A stretch of 64,000 nucleotides of DNA, from positions 216,695 to 280,694 of the forward strand of contig OY969426.1 in NCBI GenBank assembly GCA_963699245.1, read 5' to 3'. The stretch comes from Thermoanaerobaculia bacterium (lineage in GTDB: Bacteria > Acidobacteriota > Thermoanaerobaculia > Multivoradales > JAGPDF01). The notes under the pieces are model-generated. The model was given only the letters and a program-made list of their open reading frames with translations. It was not told the DNA's origin and ran no database searches. The position numbers were made by a program, and so were the translations under genes. Shown here piece by piece: positions 16,882 through 27,309 of the stretch (within the stretch, counting starts at the first letter, position 1; each line of letters begins with the position of its first letter).

Positions 16882-17967
16882 TCAGGCGAGCATGCCGGCG
16901 GCGGTCCGTTGCCAGCGGAAAGTCCGCCGGGCCCACGCCGGATAGCGGCGCAGCGCGAAGGCGAGCGTGCCCAGCGCGTCGTCGAGGCGGAGGAGCCGTC
17001 GCTGGCGGCGCTCGCCGCCGGACCAGGCGGCGGCGCGCGCGCCGATCGCCTGCAGGGTGGCGGGCTCGAGGAACGCGGCGATCGCGCGCTGTCGCCGGGC
17101 CGGCGGGGGAGCGTCGAGCGGGTAGCCGAGATGGGCGAGGAGGGGGCCGGCCTGGCGCTCGAGGCTGGCGATTTCGCGCGGCGCGAGCCGCGACCGCCAG
17201 CGCCCGATGAGCGCCTCGTTCGGCGGCTCGTCTTCGTGCCCCTTCCAGGGCTTCCCCGCGTGGTGGGTGCGCGCCGCGCTCGTCTCGTGGTAGCGCAGGA
17301 CGGCCGGATCGAACGGCAGCTCCAGCCAGTCGAGCAGCGGGCGCAGGGTGGCCTCGGGAGCGCGCACCAGGTCCTCGTAGAGCAGGGTCCGGTAGCGGCC
17401 GGGGCCGAGCAGCGCGCCCGCGGCCAGCCCGGACAGCACGCGCCAGCACCAGTAGTGCCCGGAGTAGGCGATCCGGCGCGGCCCCCAGGAGCGGATCTGC
17501 CGGAACGACAGCGCCACGTCCCGCCCGTCGCGGACGATGTGGACGAAGCGCGCCTGCGGGAAGAGCCGCTCGAGCAGCAGCAGGTAGCCGACGTGCGGCG
17601 GCGTCTTGTCCCCCCAGCGGCTCTTTCCCTGCTGGTCGCGCCAGGCTTCGAAGATCGCCGTGAAGACTCGCGCCGGGCGGCGCTCCGGAAGACGATCGAG
17701 CGCCGCTTCGAGGACCGGCCACGGCAGCCCCCAGAGGCTCAGGTAGGGATGGACGCGCAGGAAGTCCTTGCAGCGCTCCCAGGCCGGCGCCTCGTCGAGC
17801 CGTGCCGGCCAGCGCCCGCGCGCCCGCAGGCGCGCGATCTCGTGGATGAAGTGCGACTCGCCCGGCATCGCGAGCTCGGGATGGGCGTTGAGCATCAGCC
17901 GCAGCAGCGTGGTGCCGCTGCGCCCGCAGCCGACCACGAAGACCGGCGGGCCCGGCGCGCGGGTCAT
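16882..17967 (-). CDS. Sulfotransferase-family protein (Sulfotransfer_3-like) with ~90-aa C-terminal extension
   Basis: GGAGG RBS. PAPS-binding 5'-PSB motif VFVVGCGRSGTTLLRLML and 3'-PB-like RFVHIVRDGRDVALS. Intact, 361 aa. Confidence 0.75.
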   Translation of the reverse strand: MTRAPGPPVFVVGCGRSGTTLLRLMLNAHPELAMPGESHFIHEIARLRARGRWPARLDEAPAWERCKDFLRVHPYLSLWGLPWPVLEAALDRLPERRPARVFTAIFEAWRDQQGKSRWGDKTPPHVGYLLLLERLFPQARFVHIVRDGRDVALSFRQIRSWGPRRIAYSGHYWCWRVLSGLAAGALLGPGRYRTLLYEDLVRAPEATLRPLLDWLELPFDPAVLRYHETSAARTHHAGKPWKGHEDEPPNEALIGRWRSRLAPREIASLERQAGPLLAHLGYPLDAPPPARRQRAIAAFLEPATLQAIGARAAAWSGGERRQRRLLRLDDALGTLAFALRRYPAWARRTFRWQRTAAGMLA

Positions 17968-18167
17968 CGCTGCCTCCGCAAGATGCCGGGCATCCTACGA
18001 CCTTCGCCCGCCATCCTCCTCGCGTCTCCCCCCGCCCCGCGGCGCGAGCCGCCCGCGCGGGTGGGGGGCGAGATCGCGCCGCGACAGGCGTAGCTTTTCG
18101 CCGAACCGGAAGATCGCTCGCGGCGCACGCGCCGGACAGCGGCGCCGCGACCCCGGGGAGGGTGGGA

Positions 18168-18730
18168 ATGGCCATCGAGATCCGACTCCACGGCCGCGGC
18201 GGCCAGGGCGGCGTCACCTGCGCGAAGATCCTCGCCGCGATCTACGCCGCGGCTCGGCAAGAGCGTCCAGACCTTCGGCGACTACGCCGGCGAGCGCTCG
18301 GGCGCGCCGGTGCGCGCCTACACGCGCGTCGCCGACCAGCCGATCACCAACCGCAACAAGGTCTACCAGCCCGACCACCTGCTCGTCCTCGACCCGACGC
18401 TGCTCGGCGGCGACGTCGGTCGCCGGCCTCGCGCCCGGCGGCACGCTGCTCGTCAACAGCCCCGAGCCGGTCGAGCGGCTCGGCGGAGCGCTTCCCGCGC
18501 TTCCGCGTCGCCGCCGTCGACGCCACCGCGATCGCGCGGCGCCACGGCATCGGCACGCGCATCGGTGGTGATCGTCAACACCACCATCGCCGGCGCCTTC
18601 GCGCGCGCGCTCGGCCTGCCGTTCGAGGCGCTCGAGGAGGCCTACCGCGACCTCGGCCTGCTCTCGAACCTCGCCGCGGCGCGCGAGGCGTACGAGGCGG
18701 TCGAGGTGCGCGCGGCCTCCGCGCGCCGCG
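18168..18730 (+). pseudogene. porG: 2-oxoacid:ferredoxin oxidoreductase gamma subunit (frameshifted; 3' boundary approximate, may be fused to next module)
   Basis: MAIEIRLHGRGGQGGVTCAKILAAIYA / GKSVQTFGDYAGERSGAPVRAYTRVADQPITNRNKVYQPDHLLVLDPTLL / GLAPGGTLLVNSPEPVERL / FRVAAVDATAIARRHGIGT / VVIVNTTIAGAFARALGLPFEALEEAY, spread over three frames. Confidence 0.7.
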
Positions 18731-18789
18731 ACGGACGAGGTCGCCGGCGGTCGCGCCCGGCGCCCGCGCCGCTCGCCGTTCCCGCTCGT

Positions 18790-20424
18790 CGACCGACGTC
18801 GAGGAGAGCCGCCGACCGGCCTCGAGACCGGCTCCTGGCGCACGCAGACGCCCGCGCTACGTCGAAGCACTCGCGCCGTGCAGCGCCTGGTGCCCGGCCG
18901 GCAACGACGTCTCGGCTTCGTGCAGGCGCTGGCGAAGGGGGGCGAGATCGCCGGCGCGCAAGGTGCTGCGCGCCACGACCAGCCGCTCGCCGCGGTCTGC
19001 GGCCGCGTCTGCCCGGCCCCCTGCATGGAGGGGTGCAACCGCGCCGAGCTCGACGGCGCGGTCAACATCCGCGCGCCTCGAGCGCTGGATCGCGCGACCG
19101 CGCGCCGCGTCGCGAGCGCCGGCGATCCCGAAGCTCGACGAACCCGCGCCGCGTCGCGATCGTCGGCGGCGGCCCGGCCGGCCTCGCCGCCGCCTACGAG
19201 CTGGCGCGCGCCGGCCACGGCGTGACGATCTTCGACGCCGAGCTCGCAGCTCGGCGGCGTGCTGCGCACGGGCATCCCGACCTACCGCCTGCCGCGCGAG
19301 GCGCTCGACCGCGAGATCGTCGGCGATCCTCGCGCTCGGCGTCGAGACGCGCTCGGCGAGCGGCTCGACGCGCGAGCGCTCGCGCGCGCTCGACGAGCGA
19401 GTACGACGGCGTCGATCCTCGCCACCGGCCTGCAGCGGCTGACCCGGCTCGACGCGCCGGGCGGCGAGCTGCCGGCGTCGAGCAGGGGATCGACTTCCTG
19501 CACCGGGTCAACCTGCGTGGGCGGCGCGCTGGTCGACCGGGCACGTCGTCGTGCTCGGCGGCGGCAACACCGCCGATGGACTGCGCGCGCAGCGCGCTGC
19601 GCGCCGGCGCCGCGAAGGTGACGCGTCGCCTACCGGCGCAGCGCGCGCCGAGATGCCGGCGATCCGCGAGGAGATCGAGGAGGCGATGCGACGAGGGCGT
19701 CGAGATGCGTCGTGCTGCGCGCGCCGGTCGGCTTCGACGGGAACGGCCGGGTCGAGGCGGTGCGTGCTCGCCGAGGTCGAGCTGGGGCGAGCCCGACGCC
19801 AGCGGCCGCCGCCGGCCGGTGGTCACCGATCGCGTCGAACGCCTCGCCTGCGACCACGTGCTGCTGGCGCTCGGCCAGTCGGCCGACCTCTCGCTGCTGC
19901 CCGACGGGCTGGAAGCTCGAGGGCGGCCGGCTCTCGCGACGGCGACCGGCCGCTCGACGGTCTTCGCCGCCGGCGACGTCGCGACCGGCGACGGCACGGT
20001 GACCCACGCCATCGGCGACGGCCGCCGCGCCGCCGGCCGGCTGCTGCGTGGCGCTGGGCGACGACGTCGAGGTCTTCGAGCGCCCCGACCGCGAGCGGCG
20101 GTGCCGGCGACCGACATCCGCTTCGACCACTTCGAGCCGGCGGCCGCCGGCGCGTCGAGCCGCAGCTGCCGGTGGCGCGAGCGCGTCGACGCCTTCGCCG
20201 AGGTCAGCCTCGGCCTGCCCGACTACCGCGAGGCGCACCGCTGCTTCTCGTGCGGCTACGTGCACGCGCTGCGACACCTGCCTCGTCTACTGCCCCGAAG
20301 GGCATCATCCGCCGCGACCGAGGTCAGCCGCGCGCTACGAGGTCGACTACACGTCGACTACTGCAAGGGCTGCGGCATCTGCGTCGTCGAGTGCCCGCGC
20401 AGCGCCATGGAGATGGTCGAGGCA
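18790..20424 (+). pseudogene. GltD-like NAD(P)H-dependent flavoprotein module fused or adjacent to a 2x[4Fe-4S] ferredoxin (PorD-like) module; heavily frameshifted; boundaries approximate
   Basis: TGLETGSWRTQTP / RYVEALAPCSAWCPAGNDV / GFVQALAKGGEIAGA / AAVCGRVCPAPCMEGCNRAELDGAVNIRA / RVAIVGGGPAGLAAAYELARAGHGVTIFDAE / GGVLRTGIPTYRLPREALDREI / VVLGGGNTA.DCARSALRAGAAKV / EMPAIREEIEEA / RRPVVTDRVERLACDHVLLALGQSADLSLLPDG / VFAAGDVATGDGTVTHAIGDGRRAAGRLL, then EAHRCFSCG, CDTCLVYCPEG, YCKGCGICVVECPRSAMEMVE. Confidence 0.65.
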
Positions 20425-21596
20425 ATGGCAACCCGAACTGATCAGCGCCAACCACGCCGCCGCCGCGGCCGCGACGCTCGCCGCCCGCGCCAACCGCATC
20501 GGGCGCGGCTTCGGCGGCGGCGTCTACCCGATCACGCCGCAGACCGAGTGCATCGAGCGGCTGTGCGAGCGAGGAGATCGAGAAGGGGCACGTCGTCCGC
20601 GTCGAGAGCGAGCACAGCGCGATGGCGGTCTGCATCGGCTGCGTCGCTCGCCGGCGCGCGCACCTTCACCGCGTCGTCGTCGAACGGCCTCGCCTACATG
20701 GCCGAGAACGTCTTCGCCGCCGGCTTCTACCGGCTGCCGATCGTGATGATGGCGGTCAACCGCACGCTCGGGCCGCCGTGGAACATCTGGGTCGACCACG
20801 GCGACACGCTCGATGCTGCGCGACGCCGGCTGGATCCAGCTCTACTGCGAGGACAACCAGGAGGTGCCGACATCGATCCTCGCCGCCTACCGGCTGGCCG
20901 AGGATCCGCGCGTCCTGCTGCCGGTGATGGTCTGCCAGGACGCCTTCGTCCTCTCGCACACGATGATGCCGACCGAGATTCCCGACCAGGCGGCGGTCGA
21001 CCGCTTCCTGCCGCCGCTCGAGCTGCCGCACCGGCTGACGGAGCAAGCCGCGCGTCGTCGGCGGCCTCGACTTCCCGCACGAGACCGAGGTCCACCGCCA
21101 CCAGCAGCAGGAGGCGATGGGGCGCGTGCCGGCGGTCTACCGCGAGGTGCAGGCGGCTTTCGAGGCCGAGTTCGGCCGCCCGCTCGCCGACGCGGTGGTG
21201 CCCTACCGCATGGAGGACGCCGAGATCGCGGTGTCGTCTCGATGGGAACGACCGGCAGCACGGTGCGCGCCGCGGTCGACGCGGCGCGCGAGCGGGGGAT
21301 CAAGGTCGGCGCGCTGCGCGTGCGGCTCTTCCGGCCGCTTCCCGGAGGAGGGCCTGCGCCGCGCCCTCGCCGGCAAGACGCCACGTCGCGGTGCTCGACC
21401 GCGACCTCGCCCGGGGCTCGGCGGCATTCTGTGGGGCGAGATCCGCGCCTGCGCGGCGCCCGGCGCCGTGGTGCAGAACTACATGGTCGGCCTCGGCGGC
21501 GGCGACATCCGCCCGGAGCACGATCGAGCAGATCCTGGACGACACGGCGCGCCGCGAGCGCGCCGCCGAGCCGCGTCTTCGTGGAGGTGGGCGTGA
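20425..21596 (+). pseudogene. porA: 2-oxoacid:ferredoxin oxidoreductase alpha subunit (frameshifted)
   Basis: ATGGCAAC-c-CGAACTG: one extra c in the ccc run at 20432-20434 breaks MAT|ELISANHAAAAAATLAARANRIGRGFGGGVYPITPQTECIERLCE. Later: VRVESEHSAMAV, SLAGARTFTASSSNGLAYMAENVFAAGFYRLPIVMMAVNRTLGPPWNIWVDHGD, MLRDAGWIQLYCEDNQEV...LLPVMVCQDAFVLSHTMMP, SMGTTGSTVRAAVDAARERGIKVGALRVRLFRP, YMVGLGGGDIRPE. Confidence 0.75.
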
Positions 21597-22520
21597 TGCA
21601 CGAACCTCTGCTCGGAGGGCTCGCCCAGACGCGCGCCGACCGCGCCGAGCCGCTGCTGCGCCCCGGCAACACCAACTGCGGCGGCTGCGGCATGTCGATC
21701 GGCCTCAACTTCCTGTCGCGCGCCATCGGCGAGCGGCAGGTGCAGCTGGTGATCCCGGCCTGCTGCGGCATCGTCACCGCCGGACCCTTCCCCTACGGCG
21801 CCTACGGCGCGCCGGTGGTGGCGGCGACCTTCGCCTCGGCGGCGGCGGTGGCGACGGGGCTGGCGCACGTCGCGCGCTTGAACGGCGAGGCGACGCGGGT
21901 GATCTGCTGGGCGGGCGACGGCGGCACCTACGACATCGGCATGGCGACGCTGTCGGCCGCCGCCGAGCGCGACGAGGACATCCTCTACCTCTGCTACGAC
22001 AACGAGATCTACGGCAACACCGGCGGCCAGCGCTCGTCGGCGACGCCGTTCGGCGCCGCGACGTCGACGACGCCGCAGCGGCAAGCAGGTGGAGAAGAAG
22101 GACATCCTCGCCATCATGGCCGCGCACCGCATTCCCTACGCGGCGAGCCTCTCGCTGGCGCACCCCGAGGACGCCCTGCGCAAGCTGCGCCGCGCGCTCG
22201 ACACCCGCGGCTTCCGCTTCCTGCACATCCTCTCGCCCTGCCCGACCGGCTGGAAGTCGGAGCCGGCGGAGGGGATCGAGCTGGTGCGCCTCGCGGTGCG
22301 CTCGGGGCTCTACCCGATCCTCGAGATCTTCCACGGCGACCGCATCGAGGTGAACGTCGAGCCCGATTTCTCGCGCGCCGCGCTCGCCGCCTACTTCGAG
22401 GGGCAGGGGCGCTTCGGCAAGGTCAAGCTCGACCTCGACCAGGTCGCGGCCGGCATCGAGCGCAACTGGCGCCGCCTGCGCGCGCTCGAAGCGGCCGCCG
22501 CCGCTCCGGCCGGATCCTGA
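21596..22520 (+). CDS. porB: 2-oxoacid:ferredoxin oxidoreductase beta subunit (TPP-binding); one frame change near 22085
   Basis: MHEPLLGG...RPGNTNCGGCGMSIGLNFLSRAIG...VICWAGDGGTYDIGMATLSAAAERDEDILYLCYDNEIYGNTGGQRSSATPFGA, then (ORF 22089-22520) KKDILAIMAAHRIPYAASLSLAHPEDALRKLRRALDTRGFRFLHILSPCPTGW. Confidence 0.8.
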
Positions 22521-22617
22521 CTCGCGGCCCGGTTCTCCGAAACGCCACTCTCCGCGGTCACGCGGTCACGCTGCGGGACTTGCCCTTCTGCACGTATCCT
22601 CTGGGCCGGAGGCGGTG

Positions 22618-23941
22618 ATGGCGAGTGAGCCCGAGTCGGCACGCGAGGAGATGGCCCGGCAACTGACCGCGGCGGAGCAGCGCGACCTGCTGCTCGAGAT
22701 CGCCCGCCGCAGCCGCGGCACGCTCGACCTCGGCCAGATCCTCGATCGGCTGCTCGACGCGGTCGGCGGTGTCGTCGCCTACGACGCCGCCGGCATCTTC
22801 GCGCTGACCGAAGTGGTCGTCGCAGCCGGGCGCGCCGGCGGCGGCGAAGATCGCGGGGGTGGCGCGGCGCGGCTACCTCGAGCGGCCGGTCGCCGACGAC
22901 CGCATGCTGAGCGGCGGAGAGGGCCTGGTCGGCCACGCCATTCGCTCCGGTGCGAGCGTGCTGGTCGCCGACGTGCGGAGCGATCCGCGCTACATCGTCG
23001 GACGGCGCGAGACGTTGTCGGAGGTCGTCGTGCCGATCCGCGTCGACGGAAGGACGATCGCCGCGCTCGACGTCGAGAGCGACCGGCTGGCGGCGTTCGA
23101 TGCTCGCGACCTCGAGCGGCTCGAGTTCTTCGCCGCCGCGGCGGCGATGGCGATCGAGCGGGCGATGCTGCACCGCCACCTGGTCGAGCTCGAGCAGATG
23201 GGATCCCAGCTTCGCCTGGCGCGCGAAGTACAGGTGAGCCTGCTGCCGGGAGTGGCGCCCGCCCTGCCGGGCTGGGACATCGCCGGGCTCTGCCGGCCGA
23301 GTCTCGAGCTCGGCGGCGACCTCTACGACGATTTTCCGCTCGCCGGCGGGCGGCGCGGCCTGGTGATCGGCGACGTGGCCGGCAAGGGGGTGCCCGCGGC
23401 CCTGATCATGGCGACCTTCCGGGCCCTGCTGCGCGCGCGGCGGGAGATCGACGGGGGACCGGCCGGGACGGTGGCGGCCGTCAGCCGACTGTTGCGCGAG
23501 TCAGCGGCGGCGCGGGCCTTCGTGACCTGCTGCTACGCCGCGCTCGATCCGGCGAGCGGCGAGCTGGTGTACGCGAGCTGCGGTCACCCTCCCGGCCTGG
23601 TGGCCCGGCGGGACGGGCGAATCGAGGAGCTCGAGAACTGCGGGCCGGCCCTGGGCGCCTTCGAAGCGGCACATTTCAGCGCGCGGCGGATCACGCTGGC
23701 TCCGGGGGATCGACTGCTGCTCTACACCGACGGCCTGACCGAGGCGGCTCGGCCGGGCGGCGAGCCGTTCGGCCTCGATCGCGTTCTCGGCGCGCTCGCC
23801 GAGCAGCGGCTCGCCGCGGCGTCCGAGCTCGCCGACGAGCTCGTCCGTCGCGTCATCGCGTTCGCGGCGTCGCCGCACCTGGGCGACGACCTGACGCTCG
23901 TCGTCGTGCGGCGCCTGCAGGGCTCCGGGACGGCGCCGTGA
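22618..23941 (+). CDS. GAF-domain PP2C (SpoIIE-type) protein phosphatase; one frame change near 22830
   Basis: ATG at 22618 after GGAGG: ...QRDLLLEIARRSRGTLDLGQILDRLLDAVGGVVAYDAAGIF, then ORF 22859-23941: GLVGHAIRSGASVLVADVRSDPRY (GAF), REVQVSLLP...GGDLYDDF...GDVAGKGVPAALIMA...LLLYTDGLTEA...DDLTLVVV (PP2C/SpoIIE). Confidence 0.8.
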
Positions 23942-23983
23942 GAGCCTGCCTTCGTCTCGCCGGCGCGCTCTCTCTCGCCGCGC

Positions 23984-25957
23984 TTGTGCGCGGCGCCCGC
24001 CGCGTTGCCGGCCGGAGAACCTCCGTGGCTGCCCTTCGATCCGGGATCGGCGCGCTGCATCGCCGGCGGAGCGGGGGGCGATCTCTCGAACGCCGCGCTT
24101 CACCTCGCGGTCGCGGTCGTCGAGGGGCAGCTGCGCGGCGTGGCGCTCGACAACCACTTCACCGGACGCTCGCTGGCGCTCGAGGGGGAGCTCTTCGCGC
24201 TCACGGCGCGCGATGGGCGGCGGATCGCCGCCAGCGCTTTCCGTCTCGACACGCCACTCGCCTGCGTGCCGGTCACCGGGGAGCCGTCGGCGGCGCGCGC
24301 GGCCGAGCGCCGCGCCGGCGTCGCCCTCACGGCGACGCTCGTCGACCCGGTGAGCGGACTCGTGGCGCGCTGGAGCGCGCTGCTGCGCGACGGCACCAAC
24401 TACGTGCGCGAAGAGCTCGTGCTGCGCGCCGGCGGCGAGGTGGACCTCCAGGAGATCCGCCTGCTCGATCTCGACCTCGACGGCGCGCGGGCGGCGGGGC
24501 TGACCAGCGGCTCGCCGGTGGTGGCGGGGGAGAGCTTCCTGGGCTTCGAGCATCCGATGGCCGAGACGCGCGTCGTCGAGGGGCACACGGGCTTCCGGTT
24601 GCGGCGTGCGCTGCCCCTGCGGGCGGGGATCCCGGTCGAGCTCTCGGCGGTGCTGGGCGTGGCGCCGGAGGGACAGCTGCGGCGCGGCTTCCAGGCCTAT
24701 CTCGAGAACGAGCGTGCCGCCCCTTTCCGCACCTTCCTGCACTACAACTCCTGGTACGACATCGGCTACTTCACGCCGTACACCGAGGCGGAGGCGTTGC
24801 ACGTCGTCGAGCTGTGGGGGAGGAAGCTGGTCGGCGAGCGCGGCGTGACGATGGATTCGTTTCTCTTCGACGACGGCTGGGACGATACTTCCAGGCTCTG
24901 GCAGTTCAGCAAGGACTTCCCGAACGGCTTCGCCGCGCTGCGCGAAGCGACGACGAAGATCGGCGCCGGGCCCGGCGTGTGGCTCTCCCCCTGGGGCGGG
25001 TACGGGCCGCCGCGCCAGGCGCGCCTGGCCGCGGCGCGCGCCGCCGGCTACGAGGTGGACGACGAAGGGCTGGCCCTCTCGGGACCCCGCTACTACGCGC
25101 TCTTCCGCCAGATCGCGCTCGACCTGCTCCGGATCTACGGCATCAACCAGTTCAAGCTCGACGGCACCGGCAGTCCGGACAAGGTGACGGCGGGGAGCGA
25201 GTTCGACAGCGACTTCGCGGCGGCGATCGCCCTGGTCGGCGACCTGCGCGCGATGAAGCCCGGCCTCTTCGTCAACCTGACGACGGGGACCTGGCCCTCC
25301 CCGTTCTGGCTGCGGACCGCCGACTCGATCTGGCGCGGAGGCGACGACCACGCCTTCGCCGGCGTGGGCAGCGACCGGCAGCGCTGGATCACCTATCGCG
25401 ACGCCGACACCTACGGCGGCATCGTGCGACAGGGGCCGCTCTTCCCGCTCAATTCGGTGATGCTGCACGGCATCATCTACGCGCGGCAGGCGCAGGGTCT
25501 GAGCAGCGATCCCGGCGGGGACTTCGCGGCCGAGGTGCGCTCCTACTTCGCGACCGGAACGGGGTTGCAGGAGATGTACGTGTCGCCCGACCTGCTCACG
25601 GACAGGAACTGGGACGACCTTGCCGCCGCCGCGAAGTGGGCCCGCTCGCGCGCGGACGTCCTGCGCGACAGTCACTGGATCGGCGGCGACCCGGTGCGGC
25701 TGGAGGTCTACGGCCAGGCGTCGTGGGCGCCGGGGCGCGGAATCATCGCCCTGCGCAATCCGAGCGACCGGGCGCAGGGCTTCGCGCTCGATCCGGGCGC
25801 GGCGCTCGAGCTGCCGCCGGGCGAACCGTCGACGTGGACGGCGCGCTCGCCCTACGACAACGCCCCGCCGCGAACGCTGCGCGCCGGCGAACGGACGGAG
25901 ATCCTGCTTCGCCCCTTCGAAGTGATCGTCTGGGACCTGACGCCGGTCGAGCCGTAG
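23984..25957 (+). CDS. Glycoside-hydrolase-like protein (alpha-galactosidase/melibiase-like, clan GH-D; tentative)
   Basis: FLHYNSWYDIGYF...MDSFLFDDGWDD...VWLSPWGGYG...INQFKLDG. TTG start at 23984. A signal-peptide-like VRACLRLAGALSLAAL is encoded from GTG 23938 (GTGA overlap with the upstream stop) in the adjacent frame. The true start may therefore be 23938, with an indel near 23985. Confidence 0.6.
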   Translation: MCAAPAALPAGEPPWLPFDPGSARCIAGGAGGDLSNAALHLAVAVVEGQLRGVALDNHFTGRSLALEGELFALTARDGRRIAASAFRLDTPLACVPVTGEPSAARAAERRAGVALTATLVDPVSGLVARWSALLRDGTNYVREELVLRAGGEVDLQEIRLLDLDLDGARAAGLTSGSPVVAGESFLGFEHPMAETRVVEGHTGFRLRRALPLRAGIPVELSAVLGVAPEGQLRRGFQAYLENERAAPFRTFLHYNSWYDIGYFTPYTEAEALHVVELWGRKLVGERGVTMDSFLFDDGWDDTSRLWQFSKDFPNGFAALREATTKIGAGPGVWLSPWGGYGPPRQARLAAARAAGYEVDDEGLALSGPRYYALFRQIALDLLRIYGINQFKLDGTGSPDKVTAGSEFDSDFAAAIALVGDLRAMKPGLFVNLTTGTWPSPFWLRTADSIWRGGDDHAFAGVGSDRQRWITYRDADTYGGIVRQGPLFPLNSVMLHGIIYARQAQGLSSDPGGDFAAEVRSYFATGTGLQEMYVSPDLLTDRNWDDLAAAAKWARSRADVLRDSHWIGGDPVRLEVYGQASWAPGRGIIALRNPSDRAQGFALDPGAALELPPGEPSTWTARSPYDNAPPRTLRAGERTEILLRPFEVIVWDLTPVEP

Positions 25958-25977
25958 CAGCCCGCCGGCGCGATCAC

Positions 25978-26520
25978 CTAGCCGTTACTTCCCGAGCCCG
26001 GCTTCGGCCGCCGGGCGGCGGCGACCGCCGCGGCGACCGCGGAGACGCCGCTGGCGACGATGGCCGCCTTCTGCTCCGGCTCGAGCTTCTGCCAGTCTTT
26101 CTTCGCTGCGGCGATCTTCTTCCGCGCCGTCTTCTTCGCCGCCGTCGCCGCGCGGCCCGCCGCGCGCTCGACGTTCAGGACCGTTCGCACGGCGCTCTTC
26201 TTGAGCGCCGCGGCCTGGCGGCTGGCGGCCTTCTGGACCGCGGCGACCTTGCGGCTGGCGGCCTTCTTCACGGCGGCGACCTTGCGGCCGGACTCGCGCC
26301 GGGCGGCCGCCATCTCGCGCATCGTCCGCTTCTCGGCGGCGGTCATCGTGCGGCTCGCCTCCTTCTTCGCCTTCTCGAGCTTGCGCTTCGCCTGCCGGGC
26401 GCCGCGCGCCGCCATCGTCTCGAGCTGCTCCTTCGCCTGGTCGACGCGCTTGCCGGCCTTGTCGATGGCGCGATCGAGCGCCTTCACGGCGCGCTCCGTG
26501 GTCGTCTTCCGTCGGAACAT
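25978..26520 (-). CDS. Lys/Ala/Arg-rich low-complexity basic protein (histone H1/AlgP-like)
   Basis: GGAGG, then ATG at 26520. Repeats such as RKVAAVKKAASRKVAAVQKAASRQAAALKK. Hydrophobic C-terminal segment AAIVASGVSAVAAAVAAA. Confidence 0.55.
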   Translation of the reverse strand: MFRRKTTTERAVKALDRAIDKAGKRVDQAKEQLETMAARGARQAKRKLEKAKKEASRTMTAAEKRTMREMAAARRESGRKVAAVKKAASRKVAAVQKAASRQAAALKKSAVRTVLNVERAAGRAATAAKKTARKKIAAAKKDWQKLEPEQKAAIVASGVSAVAAAVAAARRPKPGSGSNG

Positions 26521-26628
26521 CGTCACCTCCCCGGCGTTCGCGACGCCGTTGCAAGGTCCATGGTAGCCGAACCGGAAGGGACGGTCGCCACGCTCGGAGG
26601 TAGGAGACGCGCAGGCGGCGGGCGAGGT

Positions 26629-27309
26629 TCAACCGTCGTCGCGGGCGACTTCGATCAGCACTTCGTTCCGCCTCATGAACCAGGGGGTCCAGGGGGGATC
26701 GTAGCGAGCCGACTCGGCGGCAGCCACTGCGTGCCAGCCGCTGCCGGCCAGAGCCGAGCGCAGCGCGCGCTCGCGCGCCGCGAAGCGATCGGCGCTCCAG
26801 AAGCCGGAGAAGCGGAGGGCAGCGACAGAACGTCCCGGCACCTCGCGCAAGGTGACCCGAGGGTCCGTCGGTTCGGGCAGCGTCGCCATCGTCCAGGTGC
26901 CGGGCATGGTGAAGGAGACGATCCAGCTCCCCTGGGGCGAGCCCTCTGCCGCCGGCTTCATGCCAACCGGCGCCGTCATGGCGATCTTCGACCCTTTCTC
27001 GGCAGGGCGCATGCCGACGGGCGCGGTCATGGCGATCTTGGTGGCGGCGCTGCCGCTGCGCGGTCGGTTGCCGCCGAAGATGTAGCCGGCGAGCCGGCGG
27101 AATGCGGCGTTGCCGGCGCTGTCGAAGCTGCCGTCGACGACGGTCTCGGCGAGGATCACCGGGGCGTAGGCGCGGATCTCGGCCTCCCCCAGGCGGGCGA
27201 CGACGTGGAAGGAGGGCTCTTCGGTTGCCATGGCGGGCAGGGGGACGAATACCGCCGAGAAGAGAGCGATCCGGAGAGCTCGGAGGGGAGATCGAAGGCG
27301 GTACGTCAC
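26629..27309 (-). CDS. SOUL heme-binding-family protein, secreted
   Basis: GTG start with signal peptide LRIALFSAVFVPLPAMA. YEIR-like EAEIRAYAP, GNAAFRRLAGYIFGGN, two KIAMTAPV motifs, WIVSFTMP. Confidence 0.75.
   Translation of the reverse strand: MTYRLRSPLRALRIALFSAVFVPLPAMATEEPSFHVVARLGEAEIRAYAPVILAETVVDGSFDSAGNAAFRRLAGYIFGGNRPRSGSAATKIAMTAPVGMRPAEKGSKIAMTAPVGMKPAAEGSPQGSWIVSFTMPGTWTMATLPEPTDPRVTLREVPGRSVAALRFSGFWSADRFAARERALRSALAGSGWHAVAAAESARYDPPWTPWFMRRNEVLIEVARDDG

Noticed and set aside
18310-22353. 1347-aa ORF spanning the whole por cluster
   Set aside because: It is a composite. It carries true por text only in patches (for example VVIVNTTIAGAFARALGLPF and RVAIVGGGPAGLAAAYELARAGHGV) and off-frame Arg-rich text elsewhere. 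It is not a giant fusion protein.
26950-27050. Apparent 51-bp tandem duplication in the SOUL gene (KIAMTAPVGMRPAEKGS / KIAMTAPVGMKPAAEGS)
   Set aside because: From memory, bacterial SOUL/HBP-family proteins normally contain two consecutive IAMTAPV motifs, so this is a family feature and not a recent repeat expansion.
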